This document shows, piece by piece, positions 11,801-22,162 of a stretch of DNA of 64,000 nucleotides. Below the pieces are notes generated by a model, which was given only the letters and a program-made list of their open reading frames with translations, was not told the origin of the DNA and ran no database searches. The translations under genes and the position numbers were made by a program. Numbering within the stretch: position 1 is the first letter of the stretch; every line of letters starts with the position of its first letter. Source of the stretch: Lytechinus pictus (Eukaryota); NCBI RefSeq assembly GCF_037042905.1, contig NC_087251.1:682001-746000 (forward strand). The letters are read 5' to 3'.

Positions 11801-14800
11801 CCCCAGTCCACTCTGTAAGGGCATGTGATAAGCTTTGTTATGACCATTCAACAATAAAATGTATAACCAGGTGCCGCTGACCATTCTTGACCGGCGCCGA
11901 TCTAGATTTGGTTGGCAATAGGCCCTTCTTCATTATTCTACCGGCGCCTAATTATTGGAACCAGGGGACGCTGATTATTCTTGACCGGCCCGATTTAAAT
12001 TTAGGTGGCGCCGGTTAAGACAAAGGCAGTGCCGATTTGTCTTGACCGGCGCCGATTTAGAACAAGTAGTGCTGATTATTTTTACCGACGTCCAGACGTC
12101 ACGTAAGATTCAGGCAGCGGCAAATGATCGACTGGCGCCGATTTAGAACCAGGAGGCGCCGATTATTCTTGTCCGGCGCCGATTTAGATTTAGGTGGAGC
12201 TGATTATTCTTGATCGGCGCCGGTTAAGACTCAGGCAGTGCCGATTTATAATCGGATGGCGCTGATTATTCTTGACCAGCCCCGATTTAGAATGGCGCTG
12301 ATTATCCTTGATCGGCGCCGGTTAAGAACTCAGGCAGCGCCGATTTTTCTTTACCAGCGCCGATTTATAACCAGATGGCGCCGATTATTCTTGCCCGGCG
12401 CCGATTTAGATTTAGGTGGAGCTGATTATTCTTGTCCGGCCCTGATTTAGATTTAGGTGGCGCTGATTATCATTGATTGGCGCCGGTTAAGAACACAGGT
12501 AGCGTCGATTTTTCTTGGCGCCGATTTATAACCAAATGGCGGTGATTATTCTTGTCCGGCGCCGATTTAGATTTAGGTAGCGCTGATTATTCTTGATTGG
12601 TGCCAGTTATATGCTGGCAGCGCACAGCTGATAATTTTTTACCGGCGAAGTTGTTGGGAAAAGGGTAGTTAAAAGAAAAGATAAGGAAGATGATATGACA
12701 TTATTGTGCTTTGCTGGGGGATAGTATTTCCTTTACTGTCGCTAATATTATATCAGTGTATATTTTTTTTAAGCGGCGCCTTTTCTTTTCTTTCCTTTAT
12801 TTTTATTTTTTCAAGCAGCGCCTTTTCTTTCTTTTACTTTTCTTTTATTTTTTAGGGGGGGGGAGCGCTCCCCCTGCGCCATCCCCCTGGATCCGCCACT
12901 GGTTTGTGATTTTTTTTATTTAGAAGCTGTAGTATTAAGAAGTAAATATCTTAAAGTCACTATAGCGTATCTAAGGGGGGGGGGCAGTCTGCCCCCCTGA
13001 CGAGCCACAACCCATGCAAAGGACGTATCCTGGCCCCCTGACGAGATTGAAAGGCCTTTTTTGCCCCCCCCCCCTGACGAGCTTGAAGACCTTTATTGCC
13101 CCCCCCCCCTGACGAGCTTGAGCTTGAAGACCCTTTTTTTTTTGCTTGTCAATTTTTTTTTCAGGTACGAAGTTCTTTATTTCACGGTGATTGAATACTT
13201 TTTTTTTTGCCCCCCCCCCCTGTGGAAAATTCTAGGTACGCCACTGTTTCAATTCAATTCAAATTTATTTATTTCACTTCCATCAAACAAAAACAAATTG
13301 TGTACCATATATAAACATAAATTTTTGTATCCGTTGTAAACAAAATTAATGATACATCTGTTGTGAAAAAAACACTTAGACAATTTGGGCAACACATTGT
13401 AGGTTTTAAATATGTATACTATTTTTCAATAGAAATTAAATTAAGATGGAAATGGAGGGACCCACTAAAAAGCAATGCTTGTACATTGTGGGCCCCTCAA
13501 GAAATAGATAACACAACAAATAACAAAATAACAAAGTATAAATACAGATAATCAAATGAGAAAAAATGAATAAATGAGAGGGAAACACTCACAAAATAAA
13601 TACAAAGTTATCAAAAATATATAGTTTGATAAAGGACAAAACAACCCGTCCTCAATACCTACCCTTCCCCATCCCCCCCCCCCCCCCAGAAAAAGAGAAG
13701 AAAAAAGGGGAGAATGCCCTGAGAAGATGGATGGGTGCTGCTGTACGTAGATAGAACACATGCCTCAAGCAAACTGGATTCAATGATGTGTATAAAAGGA
13801 GAAAAAATATATAAAATAACCTGGAAAGAATATAATGCACAAAAAATATGATTGATGCCGTAAACAAATAACCGGTAGGAAGGCGGATAAGCGGACAGGA
13901 GATGAGAAAATAAAGGAGAGGATATACACAATAATGAGCACATCTGAGAAGGACTTGTGTCAGATTTTTTTTTTAAATAAAAAAAGGATAATAATTATTT
14001 TATGTTTTAATTGTAGTTTAAAGTAATAATGATGACTTGACAGAGATGATGAATTAAACTTAATTTGGGAGTATATTATAAGGTTTTAATAGAGATAATT
14101 TGAATTTAGTCTTAAAAGAGTTCAAAGATTTTGCATTTGTTATATCATTATGAAGTGAGTTCCATAACTTCGGTCCATCATATATAAATGTGTTCTGAGC
14201 CCGCAACGTTCTTAAAAGTGGTAAATGAAATTCACCCAATCGCCTTGTTGGATAGTTGTGAATGGATTGATTTTTTTGGAAACATTGAATTAAATACATT
14301 TGGGAGGTTGTTGTTGTTATAGTTATACATAAACTGACCGAGATTAAAGTGATTAAAGTGATATACTGTACGTACAAATATGACCGACTTGTTTCGAGTT
14401 TTGTTTTACCGCATTCAGGTCATGGTTCTTTATGATTTTTTTTGTTCCAGAGAGAGTTTACTCAGTCCACTTCAACATATGCAAAATGGAGACAATTACT
14501 GGATTCTTGTTCTACTGCAAATGCCAATTATTGTTTGGTCAGCCATACTATGAAAAAACTGTACATTTCAGATCAAACTTGCCAGTTAAAGGACAAGTCC
14601 ACCTCAACAAAAAGCTGACTTGAATAGATAAAGAAAAATCAAACAAACATAACTCTGAAAATTTCATCAAAATCGGATGTAAAATAAGAAAGTTATAACA
14701 TTTTTAAGTTTCGCTTAATTTTTCAAAACAGTTATATGCACATCTTAGTCAGTATGCAAATGAGGGGACCGATGACATCATTCACTCACTATTTCTTTTG

Positions 14801-17800
14801 TATTTTATTTTATGAAATATGAAATATTTTGATTTTCTCGTCATTGTCTGTGAAACAAAGTTGTCTGTGAAACAAAGTTTCATTCCTCCCTGAACACATG
14901 TAATTCCATTATTCTCACATTTTGTGGTTCGAGCAAAGGGGTACTAATTGTCGAATTCGTACAAATTGAAATATTGTATTATTCAAACAATAAAAAACAC
15001 AAGAAATAGTGAGTGAGTGACATCATCGACTCTCTCATTTGCAAATCACCGAGTTGAGTATAGAACTGTTTTGTGAAAAATAAGCAAAACTTTAAAATGT
15101 CATAACTTTCCTATTTTACGTCCGATTTTGATGAAATTTTCAGCATTATTCATGTTTGATTTTTCTCTATTTATTAAAATCAATTTTTTCTTTGCCATAT
15201 TACTGCCATGTGAACAAAGGAAGCAACTCTGTCTCTGTGGAACAAGTTTATGAGGAAATTAGTAAAATTGTCATTGTCATTTTACATGTGGAAATATAGA
15301 ATTTCTTGTTTTTTTTAAGAAACTTGGGGCCATGTGACTTCAATTAAACTGGCATCATGAAGAGCTTACATAATTAACCCAAATCAAGGGGGATGGTCAA
15401 TTTTGAAGGATAAAAAGTTGCTACCCTCCCAGTAGGAACACTCAAGAAGACATCGTGGCCTCGGAGGAAACTTTTTAATTCGAGAGAACTTTGTTCTGTT
15501 GGATCTTCAAAGTCGTTGTTCCCAACTGTTTGGACATAGGCCTATGTATGCAGGATGGAATCTCTGATAGAATGACGTTCATTTTCCGTCGCCATCACAC
15601 CATATAAAAAAAACGAAGATAAGTGATCAAGACCTGTATGCACACTATAGCTGATTTGGTAAACAAGCAAGAAACTGAATTTGGAAACCGCGCGCAGTAT
15701 ACAATACACAATACAACCAGGGAGTCTCCCTGATACAACAGCACGATACAGTACACAAATCTATGGCTTATGTTGTGCTGCTTTGTGCGATCCGATTGAT
15801 TCTGTAATCCATATACGATAGTCTACGCTTATAAACCCTATTGTAGGTATCAGGGGAAACATACACGATACGATTCATTTCTGATGTTTTTGTGTGTTTA
15901 ATTTGATTTCTTTTATCAATTATTTATAACAAAAAGTCCTTTCTTAGGTAATTGATATTCATTTTATCGGTAGATCACACCATATTTCTCAACCGAGTAA
16001 TCTTCCCTGCTGTTAACAAAGACTAGCGGCTAAACGGGAGGCGTGTCCACTTTTAACGACTTTCCCTCAAAAATCTGAGGGAGTGACGTCACCGCAGAGC
16101 AACTGGTCTAGACGATTTTTCCTCGGAGTACAGGTTCTCGGTTTTGCGCGCACACTCGGCTGGGCGTACGCACGGAATAGAACGTATTATATCGTGGTGC
16201 AAATAGATTCGTTTAAAATCGTCTAGAACTAGACTAATGGGAAAGTTGTCCTTGCCCCTTGTCATAATTTACTTACACAGTTGCCAATTTGAAATGTACA
16301 TACTATTAGTGATCTCAATTTTAAAGCAGCTATAACTTTCTTATTGCTTGTCCGATGTCTTTCAAACTTTCACCATTCTGTTTCATTTATTTTTCTCCTT
16401 CCCAACACAACAGTTTATGGCCAAGGCTGGATTCCCCTTTAAGTGAAATATATACTAAAGTAATGGGGAGAGTTGTTCACAAGTGACATCACACATCTTT
16501 GTCGCATTGCCAGTGTGAGGATCTCCATAGCATTACTGATCGCAATATTCAAATGCTCATAACCTTCACATTATTTGTCCGATTTTTCTCAAACTTTCGT
16601 TGATCTGTTTTCTGTTTTCACAAAAGCTATCTTGTTCTAAAGGTTTCATTCTCCTTTAACCAAGGTTAAGTTTTTGAAATGTCATCATAACTTAAAAAGT
16701 ATATTGACCTAGTTCATGAAACTTGGACATAAAGGGTAATCAAGTATTACTGAACATCCTGCCTGAGTTTCAGATCACATGGCCAAGGTCAAAGGTCACT
16801 TTGGGTCAACAATCTTTGACCATTTTGGGGGTATTTGTGGAATTGTCATAACTTTGAAATTTTATGGATCTAGTTCATGAAACTTAGACATGATAGCAAT
16901 TATAAGTATCCCTGAACATCCTGCCCGAGTTTCAGGTCACATGACCGAGGTCAAAGGTTATTTAGGGTCAATGAACTTTGACCATTTTGGGGGTATTTGT
17001 GGAATTGTCATCATAATTAGTTTATGGATCTAGTTCATGAAACTTGGACATAGAGTAACCATGTATCCCTGAATATCCTGTGCACGTTTCAGGTCACATG
17101 ACCAATATCAAAGGTCATTAAGGTCAATGAACTTTGGTCATTTTAGGGGTATTTGTTGAATTGGCATCACAACTTAAAAAGTTTATGGATCTACACATGT
17201 AGTTCATGAAACATAGATATAAGGGTAATCAAGTATGTTTTGCACACATCTTAGGTCACATGATCATGGTCACGTTGAGTCAATGGACATAGTATTTTAT
17301 TGTCATATGAGTGTTTTCTTTTGTGAATAATTTTTCAATAGCTGTTTTCAAAGACAGCTTTGCTGCTATATCGAATTGCATTATGCAGGCGAGACTGCCA
17401 GTGGCGTTCCACTTGTTACTTATTTATATATAATTATTCATTTTCAAATCGTATTTTTGTCTCGCCTGCATAGCAGAGCGAGACTATAGGCGCCGCTTTT
17501 CCGACGGCGGCGGCGGCGTCAACATCAAATCTTAACCTAAGGTTAAGTTTTTGAAATGACATCATAACTTAGAAAGTATATGGACCTAGTTCATGAAACC
17601 TGGACATAAGGTTAATCAAGTATTATTATAGAATGGATGGGGAAATCCCTGCAATCTGATTGGTTGAGAGCTATGCAAGAATTTTTACTGGCTGCATGAA
17701 CGATATCCCGATAATCAAAACGATATCCACTGTAAACAAGCTATCGTCCGAAAAGGTCATTGTGATGTCATTGCGCATGTACTGTTACGCTTGTTTACGT

Positions 17801-20800
17801 CAAATTTTTGAATTTTCGATCAAGGCAGAATGAATCAAATAAAGGATGCAAAATTATCTGTAAGTACAAATACGGTACCGTAATTGTCATTAGGATTAAA
17901 ACTGCCTACATACTCGTTAGTTGAGAAGTCCAGACATACGATCTAACGTGCCCTGGGCTGGCTGTGCACAGCCAAACCTCAACTGCAGGCCCAGGCAGCG
18001 GCGTAGGCACTGGCCCCCGGCGCGGCCCGGGCATACCGGTACCTAGTCAATGCAAAGCTGTATCTGGCATTTTGGGTATAATAATGCCTTTGTGCCAACA
18101 TATTTTCAAGTTAGGCATACATATTTTTTGTTGTCCAGGGTTATCAATTGGTCTGCATTACATTTTGGAATTTTCATACATCTGGTAATAAATCATGCGT
18201 CCGGTAAAAAAAATCATGCGTCCGGTAAATATTTTCATGCGTCCGGTAAATTGAATTTACCGGACGCATGAAATTACCATGTATCCGGTAAATCATTAAT
18301 TTTTGTGGTTTATTCAATAATTTTTTTTCCATTCTATAAAACAGATGATGCATGGGTTTATTTCGTGGGTCAGTGGAACTGTGTGCACTCGGTAACTTTG
18401 GCATTATGGTCTAAACCCACTCGGCTGCGCCTCGTGGGTTAAACCATGCCAAAGTTACCTTGTGCACACAGTTCCTACTGACCCACTCTAACCCATGCAT
18501 CATTTGTATACTGAACATCCTGCCTGAGTTTCAGGTCACATGACCAAGGTCAAAGGTCATTTAGGGTCAATGAACTTAGACCATGTTGGCAAAATTATTT
18601 TCAAAATCTTAACCAAAGGTTAAGTTTTTGAAATGACATCATAACTTAGAAAGTATATGGACCTAGTTCATGAAACTTGGGCATAAGGTTAATCAAGTAT
18701 TAGTGAACATCCTGCTCGAGTTTCAGGTCACGTGACCAAGGTCAAAGGTCATTTAGGGTCAATGAACTTTGGTCAAGTTGGGGGTATTTGTTGAATTACT
18801 ATCATAACTTTGATTATTTATGGATCTAGTCCATGAAACTTGGACATAAGGTTAATCAAGTATTAGTGAACATCCTGCCTGAGTTTCAGGTCACATGACC
18901 AAGGTCAAAGGTCATTTAGGGTCAATGAACTTTGGCCAAGTTGGGGGTATTTGTTAAATTACCATCATAACTTTGAAAATTTATGGATTTAGTTCATGAA
19001 ACTTGGACATTAGGTTAATCAAGTACCACTGAATATCCTGTGCGAGTTTCAGGTCACATGACCATGGTCAAAGGTCATTGAACTTTGGCCGTGTTGGGGG
19101 TATTTGTTGAATTACCATCCTAACTGTGAAAGTTTATGGATCTAGTTCATAAAACTTGGGATATAAGAGTAATCAAGCATCACTGAACATCCCCTGTGAG
19201 TTTCAGGTCACAAAACCAAGTCAAAGGTCAGTTAAGGTCAATAAACTTAGGCCATGTTGGGGTAATTGTTGAAGTGCCATCATAACTTTGAAAGTTTATG
19301 GATAGAGTGAATGAAATGTGGACATGGGTGTAGTTGACAGTCTTAAGTCTCCGTTCAAATGTCATTTATGGTCAATGAACGTGGTATTATGTCATTATAT
19401 GAATGATGTTTTTGTGAATGATTATTTTATAGTAGTTTTCAAAGTTAGCACTGCTGCTATATTAGATTGCGTAATGCAGGCGAGACTGCCAGAGGCGTTC
19501 CACTTGTTTTCTTTACATTGTACAGATTTTGTATGTTTTATGGCCAAATAAATGATAATAATGATAACTCCAGTGTTCTTATTTCTGGAATTTCCTTGTA
19601 ATTTGTTCCCATTTCTGTCAGGATTGGCAGCTATGTAATTATACAATTATGAATTTTGGGTCTAACATGCAGTTGTATAATTTTGGTAATGAGTAACAGC
19701 ACAAATTCAGTCTTCAAATGGTGCATCACGACGTTGTAGATTTATCATGTAAATAGTTGAAAGACATACTGGCCCGAATTCACATTGGTATTTTGAACCC
19801 ATGGTTCATGCAGATTTCCTGTATGAATTAAGCCTAATTTACCACATATAATACAAATGTCCTATGCTGACACATTTTGTCACAGTGTGCCAAATTGACG
19901 TCTGTGGCCATAGTTAAGTACGCTATTTTATTCACGATTCCACTGCTTTGAATGAAATGAGTCCCTGTTCAAAAAAGGGAACTCATGAATAAAATAGCAT
20001 ACTCAACCATGGCAACAGGTGTCATTTTGGTGCACTGTGACGAAAGAGCATCAGCATTGGACAATTTTTATTATACGTGGTATTTAAGCGTCATTTATAG
20101 TGGGTTCAACCGATGGTTTTCAAAACCACCTTTGTGAATTTTTAGGTTTAAGGCATGGTCTTGTGACTATTGCTGCTAATTCTCTTTGCCCTGATTATTG
20201 TTGTAGTTAGTACAGTACTACTCGTCATGTGATAACAAATGATTAGATTCACTGTGATAGACAACTTATTTAGATCAATTCAATTAAATGGGGTTTTTCA
20301 ATGTTTCCTTTTTCAATGTGATATAGTCCTGTACTTCGTCCAAAAAACAAGTTATTTTCATTGTTTGTAACTTCCCTTTGTTTTGTTTTGAATAAAGGTG
20401 ATATTTAAAAAAAAACAGCTTAAACTGATTATTTTCCTGCATTTGTTACTCTACATAATTTTCTATATTGGTACTTTTTACTTGTTTTGTTTTATAATCC
20501 ATGATATTGACCTGCCATTTGTTCGAAATCGACCTGGTCTCTTTATGTATGTATTATATCATTGTCTTTAAACTTGAATAAAGTCATGATTCCACAAACC
20601 TCAAGATATTTCTAAAATTTTGAAGACTTGGTTTTTATCAGTTTTGGGAGATAACTATGTTTATTCTTGTCATAAATTTTATTTTATATTTCATGAGATT
20701 GACATTAACACTACTATTGGGAGAATGATTAATGTTTCCTCAAGAAAACATCAAGAGATTAGCCCTGCACAATTTTGTTATCCATGCTCGTAACATTTTT

Positions 20801-20999
20801 TTGACGTTGTGATTTGTTTTTACCTCAGAAATTCAAGCTAAGGATTGAGGACCCACCCCGACGTAAACACATGGTGTTCCTTGGTGGAGCTGTTCTAGCA
20901 GACATCATGAAAGACAAAGATTCTTTCTGGATCTCAAGGGAAGAGTACAATGAAAAAGGCCTCAAATGTTTGGAGAAGCTAGGAGTGGGTCCAAAATAG
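2793..20999 (+). CDS. ACTR2: Actin-related protein 2 (Arp2/3 complex), 3' part; exons 2793-2856, 3706-3831, 5006-5158, 20829-20999
   Basis: The spliced exons (all AG/GT bounded, phases compatible) read (G)[170 protein letters not shown]. This is recognisably the C-terminal ~170 aa of Arp2. Upstream exons lie before the window. Confidence 0.97.
3201..3281 (+). ncRNA. SNORD61: Intronic box C/D snoRNA, U61/SNORD61-like (guide for 18S rRNA), copy 1
   Basis: Terminal stem CAGACAT/ATGTCTG; C box AGGATGA at 3209-3215; D box CTGA at 3271-3274. The guide CCTCTAAGAAGTT just upstream of D is the exact complement of the conserved 18S stretch AACTTCTTAGAGG and is the same guide-plus-D box as remembered vertebrate U61. 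Sense to the host gene. Confidence 0.85.
3706..3831 (+). CDS. ACTR2: Arp2 exon ([14 protein letters not shown]...LLFNTIN)
   Basis: ttcag acceptor, gtaata donor; 42 codons with the actin-family LPDG..I.VG.ERF.APE.LF.P motif. Confidence 0.95.
4370..4449 (+). ncRNA. SNORD61: Intronic box C/D snoRNA, U61/SNORD61-like, copy 2
   Basis: Same stem, C box (4378-4384), guide and D box (4439-4442) as copy 1, located in the next intron; differences are confined to the middle of the RNA. Confidence 0.85.
5006..5158 (+). CDS. ACTR2: Arp2 exon ([25 protein letters not shown]...KLS)
   Basis: ttcag acceptor, gtaaga donor; 51 codons; lies within ORF 4988..5200. Confidence 0.96.
5186..5556 (+). mobile_element. 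HINE family A, degenerate 5' fragment
   Basis: Diverged 5' end (catgtatagcagagc...gacggcggcagc) plus about two tandem units; no 3' end. Confidence 0.65.
5580..6553. mobile_element. Palindromic MITE-like element, unclassified
   Basis: Inverted motif pairs TTAATGAGC/GCTCATTAA and TTAGATGGGTCAGCAGCCAGCTTTT (5942) / AAAAGCTGGTTGCTGACCCATCTAA (~6208); boundaries approximate. Confidence 0.45.
6600..7333. mobile_element. piggyBac-like MITE fragment
   Basis: Right end ATTAGGG followed by TTAA; GGGCCATTATG(G)CCCCC motif near both ends; left TIR not found. Confidence 0.45.
9905..12901. mobile_element. Composite TIR element(s) with hAT-like ends, inside the AcademH-like element
   Basis: Ends CATAGGCGGATCCAG / CTGGATCCGCCACTG; only a 5-bp GTTTG repeat flanks it (no 8-bp TSD); other element ends lie inside. 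Confidence 0.5.
11870..12650. repeat. GC-rich degenerate tandem array built from ~20-bp subunits (GGCGCCGATTATTCTTGACC / GGCGCCGATTTAGATTTAGGT)
   Basis: Visible alternating subunits, each beginning GGCGC(C/T)G. Confidence 0.85.
12960..13246. mobile_element. Small hAT-like MITE
   Basis: Right end CTAGGTACGCCACTG, decayed left end, internal CCCCCCTGACGAG repeats; no TSD recognised. Confidence 0.5.
13248..14310 (-). mobile_element. 5'-truncated non-LTR retrotransposon (CR1/L2/Crack group) 3' end
   Basis: ORF 14060..14377 ends with the typical ORF2 C-terminal motif HNYPTR...FHLP..RT...[11 protein letters not shown]...I....SL.SFK..FK..LL; the 3' tail on - is AATAAAT(TTGAA)n. Confidence 0.85.
14590..15190. 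mobile_element. Kolobok-like MITE C, right TIR lost
   Basis: TTAA followed by AGGACAAGTCCACC; same family as 54564-55168. Confidence 0.7.
15424..15595 (-). pseudogene. Decayed N-terminus of a RecQ-like SF2 helicase (transposon-borne)
   Basis: ATG at 15595. Reads [17 protein letters not shown], then in a shifted frame [17 protein letters not shown], then back in frame [16 protein letters not shown], resembling the Q-motif and the lead-in to Walker A (..G.DVF...PTG.GKS). Confidence 0.6.
17456..19508 (+). mobile_element. HINE family A copy, interrupted at 17626-18508
   Basis: Full 5' and 3' ends and about 5 tandem units; the unit sequence caagtatta|ctgaac is split by the insert. Confidence 0.85.
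17626..18508. mobile_element. Unclassified insertion with a long terminal hairpin (possibly Crypton-like)
   Basis: TA on both sides; TTATAGAATGGA inverted at ~18328-18339; ~170-bp imperfect palindrome at 18340-18508 centred on CACTCGGCTGCGCCTCGTG. Confidence 0.6.
20829..20999 (+). CDS. ACTR2: Arp2 last coding exon ([20 protein letters not shown]...GPK*)
   Basis: cctcag acceptor, TAG stop at 20997-20999; lies within ORF 20814..20999. Confidence 0.96.
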   Translation, partial: KFKLRIEDPPRRKHMVFLGGAVLADIMKDKDSFWISREEYNEKGLKCLEKLGVGPK

Positions 21000-21875
21000 A
21001 ACCCCTTCTTTTATAGCGCACCATCTGACTGCATACAAAAGAACATTATCTCTACATATTGAAAGTCACTTGCTGCAGTACAGTGACAAGTCTATATTTT
21101 TCTTCTGATTAGTGCTCATTCCTTTTACAAAAGACTTTCCTTTTTGGTGCAAGTTTAGTAAAAAGCGTACAAGACTACTCAAATGTCTTTGAAGACAGGT
21201 GGTCTGTATCTCTTTTTGTACATACTCTTTTCTATGTTTTGTTCCCCCATCCATGGAGAAATATCTTTTTTTTTCAATATAGTCGCAATATTAAATGATT
21301 GATCAGGTACATGCAAGTTATAAAATAGGCATAAATTGTGATTGACCCATGTAGTGTATGATTGTGACAGAGTATTTCTTATCAATCTGTTTGTCTAGAG
21401 AGCTCATTTTATCTCAACATCAGGGCGAATTTCCATAATACAACAACTGGGTTTTATGATGATTATGACATGTTGTGTATCAGAGCATTCAGCCAGCATA
21501 CAATTAATTCACTTCTCCTCAATGAATCTTTGAAAACAATTAATATGAGTCCCACCTCACAAAGAGTTACAATAGTTCCAATGAAACTCAATTTGTGATT
21601 GATCTCAATTTGTGTAATTAAGATATTAATTTTAGATCAATTGCAATTTGATTTTAATCTATCCCAATCGCTTGTAAGATGGAGCCGTGATATACCACTC
21701 AAGTGCCACAGGTAATGTCATTTATACATATTGCCATAGAGGAACTGTATCCTACAATAGGTCCATATTTGGTTTTCAGAATTCTGTATATCTGTAATAC
21801 AAAGCTCAGTATAAGGTTGATTTTTAAGCTTAACTGCATTGATCATTATATGCAATCAATTTTACAAATTAACCT

Positions 21876-22162
21876 AATAATAGTAATAGTTACATTTATA
21901 TAGCGCTTAATACACACATTGCAGTTATTATTACATTGATAATTTGATCCTGGCATGTCCACACATAATGTATGCACTTTCTCCACGCCCTGAGAATCAT
22001 TCCAACAAGAGTTCTAAGACTCAAATTCTATGCATACCCATTTAAACACATGAGTGGCAGTGTGGATCAACACCTTGCCTAAAGATGCTTAGGCCGCAGT
22101 GGGATTTGAACACATGACCCTCTGATTACAAAGCATGAGTCCAAACCACTTCACCACAGTGC
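21876..22162 (-). mobile_element. tRNA-derived SINE, decayed
   Basis: On -: A-box-like TGGTGAAGTGG, B-box GTTCAAATCC, and tail AGCGCTATATAAATGTAACTATTACTATTATT. Confidence 0.7.

Larger units (their letters stand above)
8613..16236. mobile_element. AcademH-like DNA transposon derivative (nested in B)
   Basis: Perfect 153-bp TIRs (8613-8765 and 16084-16236) beginning TAGTCTAG; perfect 9-bp TSD ATGGGAAAG (8604-8612, 16237-16245); decayed RecQ-like helicase start inside. Confidence 0.8.
8211..16438. mobile_element. Kolobok-like non-autonomous element B (nested in A)
   Basis: TIR AGGGGAATCCA / TGGATTCCCCT; flanks TGAA (probably a mutated TTAA) and TTAA. Confidence 0.75.
7856..16655. mobile_element. 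Kolobok-like non-autonomous element A (outer)
   Basis: TTAA TSD at 7852-7855 and 16656-16659; TIR AGGTGAATGAAACCTTTGGAATAAG vs reverse complement AGGAGAATGAAACCTTTAGAACAAG; RR..YY termini. Confidence 0.8.
7772..17417 (+). mobile_element. HINE family A copy split by an 8.8-kb nested insertion (parts 7772-7855 and 16656-17417)
   Basis: The 5' end stops at ...gaaatcTTAA and resumes TTAAccaaggttaagtttttg at 16656, ending gcaggcgagac...ccacttgtt. Confidence 0.85.

Noticed and set aside
9905..12901. A single hAT insertion
   Set aside because: No 8-bp TSD and several internal element ends; kept only as a tentative composite
22080..22162. tRNA gene
   Set aside because: Only A/B boxes remain, there is no cloverleaf, and it is followed by a SINE body and tail
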